This document shows positions 62,471-64,000 of a stretch of DNA of 64,000 nt, in pieces. Numbering within the stretch: the first letter of the stretch is position 1; every line of letters starts with the position of its first letter. The stretch spans positions 1,426,001-1,490,000 of the forward strand of contig MU008167.1 in assembly GCA_010909165.1 (NCBI GenBank), written 5' to 3'. A program made the translations under genes and the position numbers. The notes below the pieces were generated by a model. The model made no database searches and was not told the DNA's origin. It worked only from the letters and a program-made list of their open reading frames with translations. The stretch is from Anthoceros angustus. Lineage: Eukaryota > Plantae > Anthocerotophyta.

Positions 62471-63991
62471 ACCCACTCACCTTATGAGCACAGAGCAGCA
62501 TACAGAAAACAAAGGGGATGAATCTTATGATTTGAAAGGCTTCCCTTCCGACACCAAAAAGACGGGGGCATGGAGAGCCTCTCTATTCTTCTTCGCCGGC
62601 ACGCCATTTTACCGCCACAGGAAGCCCTTTCACTCGCTGTCAGGAAGCGATCCATTCCCCGTCCGGCGGATGCCAGCTTATGAGATCTCCTTCAAGCAAG
62701 CAACAACGCAACCGACCTTGGGGTAGTAACCTAAACCATCTCCCAGCAAGCAGGACTTCACATCTAGACGCAAGCTTGCAAGTTCCATACCTCCTTCTTC
62801 AGCTCCTCTTTCAATGCAGCTGTTCCATACCTTCTTCTTCACCTCAGACAGTTTCAATAAACTCGAACTTGGAGGGCGTTGAACGAAGTCCAGCACATGT
62901 GAACTCGCAAGGAAAACCCCGGGTCAGTTCCCGCTGTGTGGGCGTGCCAGTTTCCATTCCATTACATATTTGAGATTAATGTGTGCGACAAGTTTGGTTA
63001 TTGTTGCTCTTGTCACCTTTCTTTTCCAGTTGAACCTTAGAAGATCGTCCCACCACCTTGGAAGACCATCCTTCCCACCATCTGGATGACTTGACAAAGC
63101 GACCAGGGTGAGTGTCCGAATCTGGACAGAAAATTCCCAGAGTGATTCGGCCAGTCAGTTGCTCGGCCGCTGGAGGAGACATACGGCTGCCGGCACGATG
63201 CATGTGCCGAGGAAAGGTATCAACTGCTTGCCTGTGCAACATGCTACAGGACAATGGACGTGTTTCCCGAACAGCGCATTTAATAGTGGTTATTATGTGC
63301 ACGCGATTTTACAATCAGGAATATTGTTTCACTTTTTCCACTTGCTCTAGCTCCTGCAGTCTCTTGATTCTCTGCTGCACGGATTCCTATCTTACTTTTT
63401 GAGGACACTTCTGGATTGATTCCTCCCTTCAGCTTATGAGATGCCTATTGCCTACCCTTATCAGAAGATATACTATGTTTGTCCTCTGGTGTCTGTCGCT
63501 TCTCATGATGTTTATGGAAGGCACCACTGAAATCTGACAGGGAACAGTGGGGAGCATCTTGCGATGAAGGCTGTGAGGTCTTGAATGGCTCTGGGCTGCC
63601 ACATGTCATGTCATAGAGAACTCTTTCCAACCAGTTGACGTTGTTTCCATGGTATGATGCTCTCTCGAAAGCAAGGGTGTTGAATGAATCTCAGCACATG
63701 GATTCTAGTCTTGGGTTTCGGTAGGAAGTAAGGGAAGAGATTGGAGACATCAGACTCCAGGGTGTCGAGGTCCTGAAGATGGTCAGTACTTGTTTTACAA
63801 CATCCTGAGGCTGAGCTGGCGTGTCCTGAATTCTGAGCACTTGGTTGCCTTCCTTGTCTACTATCAGGCTGAGACACCCACTCACCTTATGAGCACAGAG
63901 CAGCATACAGAAAACAAAGGGGATGAATCTTATGATTTGAAAGGCTTCCCTTCCGACACCAAAAAGACGGGGGCATGGAGAGCCTCTCTAT
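61171..63991 (+). repeat. Direct tandem duplication, units 61171-62586 (1416 bp) and 62587-63991 (1405 bp)
   Basis: Co-linear copies differing by small indels (-5, -4, -3, +1). TCTTCTTCG microhomology at 61171, 62587 and 63992. Confidence 0.95.
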
Positions 63992-64000
63992 TCTTCTTCG
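63889..64000 (+). CDS. NPF: N-terminus of a further NPF paralogue running off the window edge
   Basis: MSTEQHTENKGDESYDLKGFPSDTKKTGAWRASLFFF, matching the NPF N-terminal KTGGW.A..FI motif. Intactness cannot be judged; an identical copy lies at 62484. Confidence 0.6.
   Translation, partial: MSTEQHTENKGDESYDLKGFPSDTKKTGAWRASLFFF

Overview
Eukaryotic nuclear DNA from a compact, GC-rich, short-intron land-plant genome. It is most likely a non-seed plant such as a hornwort (inference from a Slo/BK-type K+ channel plus both 'WW' and 'KP' variant DYW PPR editing-factor domains). Gene order: decayed PIF/Harbinger transposon end; DUF716/TMEM45 (+); phi-class GST (+); plastid ClpB3 (-) with an HSE/TATA promoter; a ~13 kb repeat island; glyoxal/galactose oxidase 1 (+); NAC-alpha (-) head-to-head with a PLS-class PPR carrying a broken DYW:WW domain (+); RABF2 (+); glyoxal oxidase 2 (+); Slo/BK-like channel (-); VPS4 (-) head-to-head with a PPR pseudogene ending in a DYW:KP relic (+); an orphan small secreted Cys-rich protein (+); CGI-58/ABHD-like hydrolase (+); decayed NPF transporter paralogues with a 1.4 kb tandem duplication. 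The repeat island holds a 1.85 kb tandem duplication, an RLE-type non-LTR retroelement, a 1.8 kb 14-bp minisatellite, a CACTA right end, and a Copia LTR with inverted gag copies. No tRNA, rRNA or CRISPR array was seen. The best leads are the Slo/BK channel lacking a Ca2+ bowl, the DYW:KP (U-to-C type) relic, the orphan Cys-rich secreted gene, the recurring PPR/housekeeping head-to-head layout and the structured minisatellite. All family calls come from motif recognition by eye; no searches were run.
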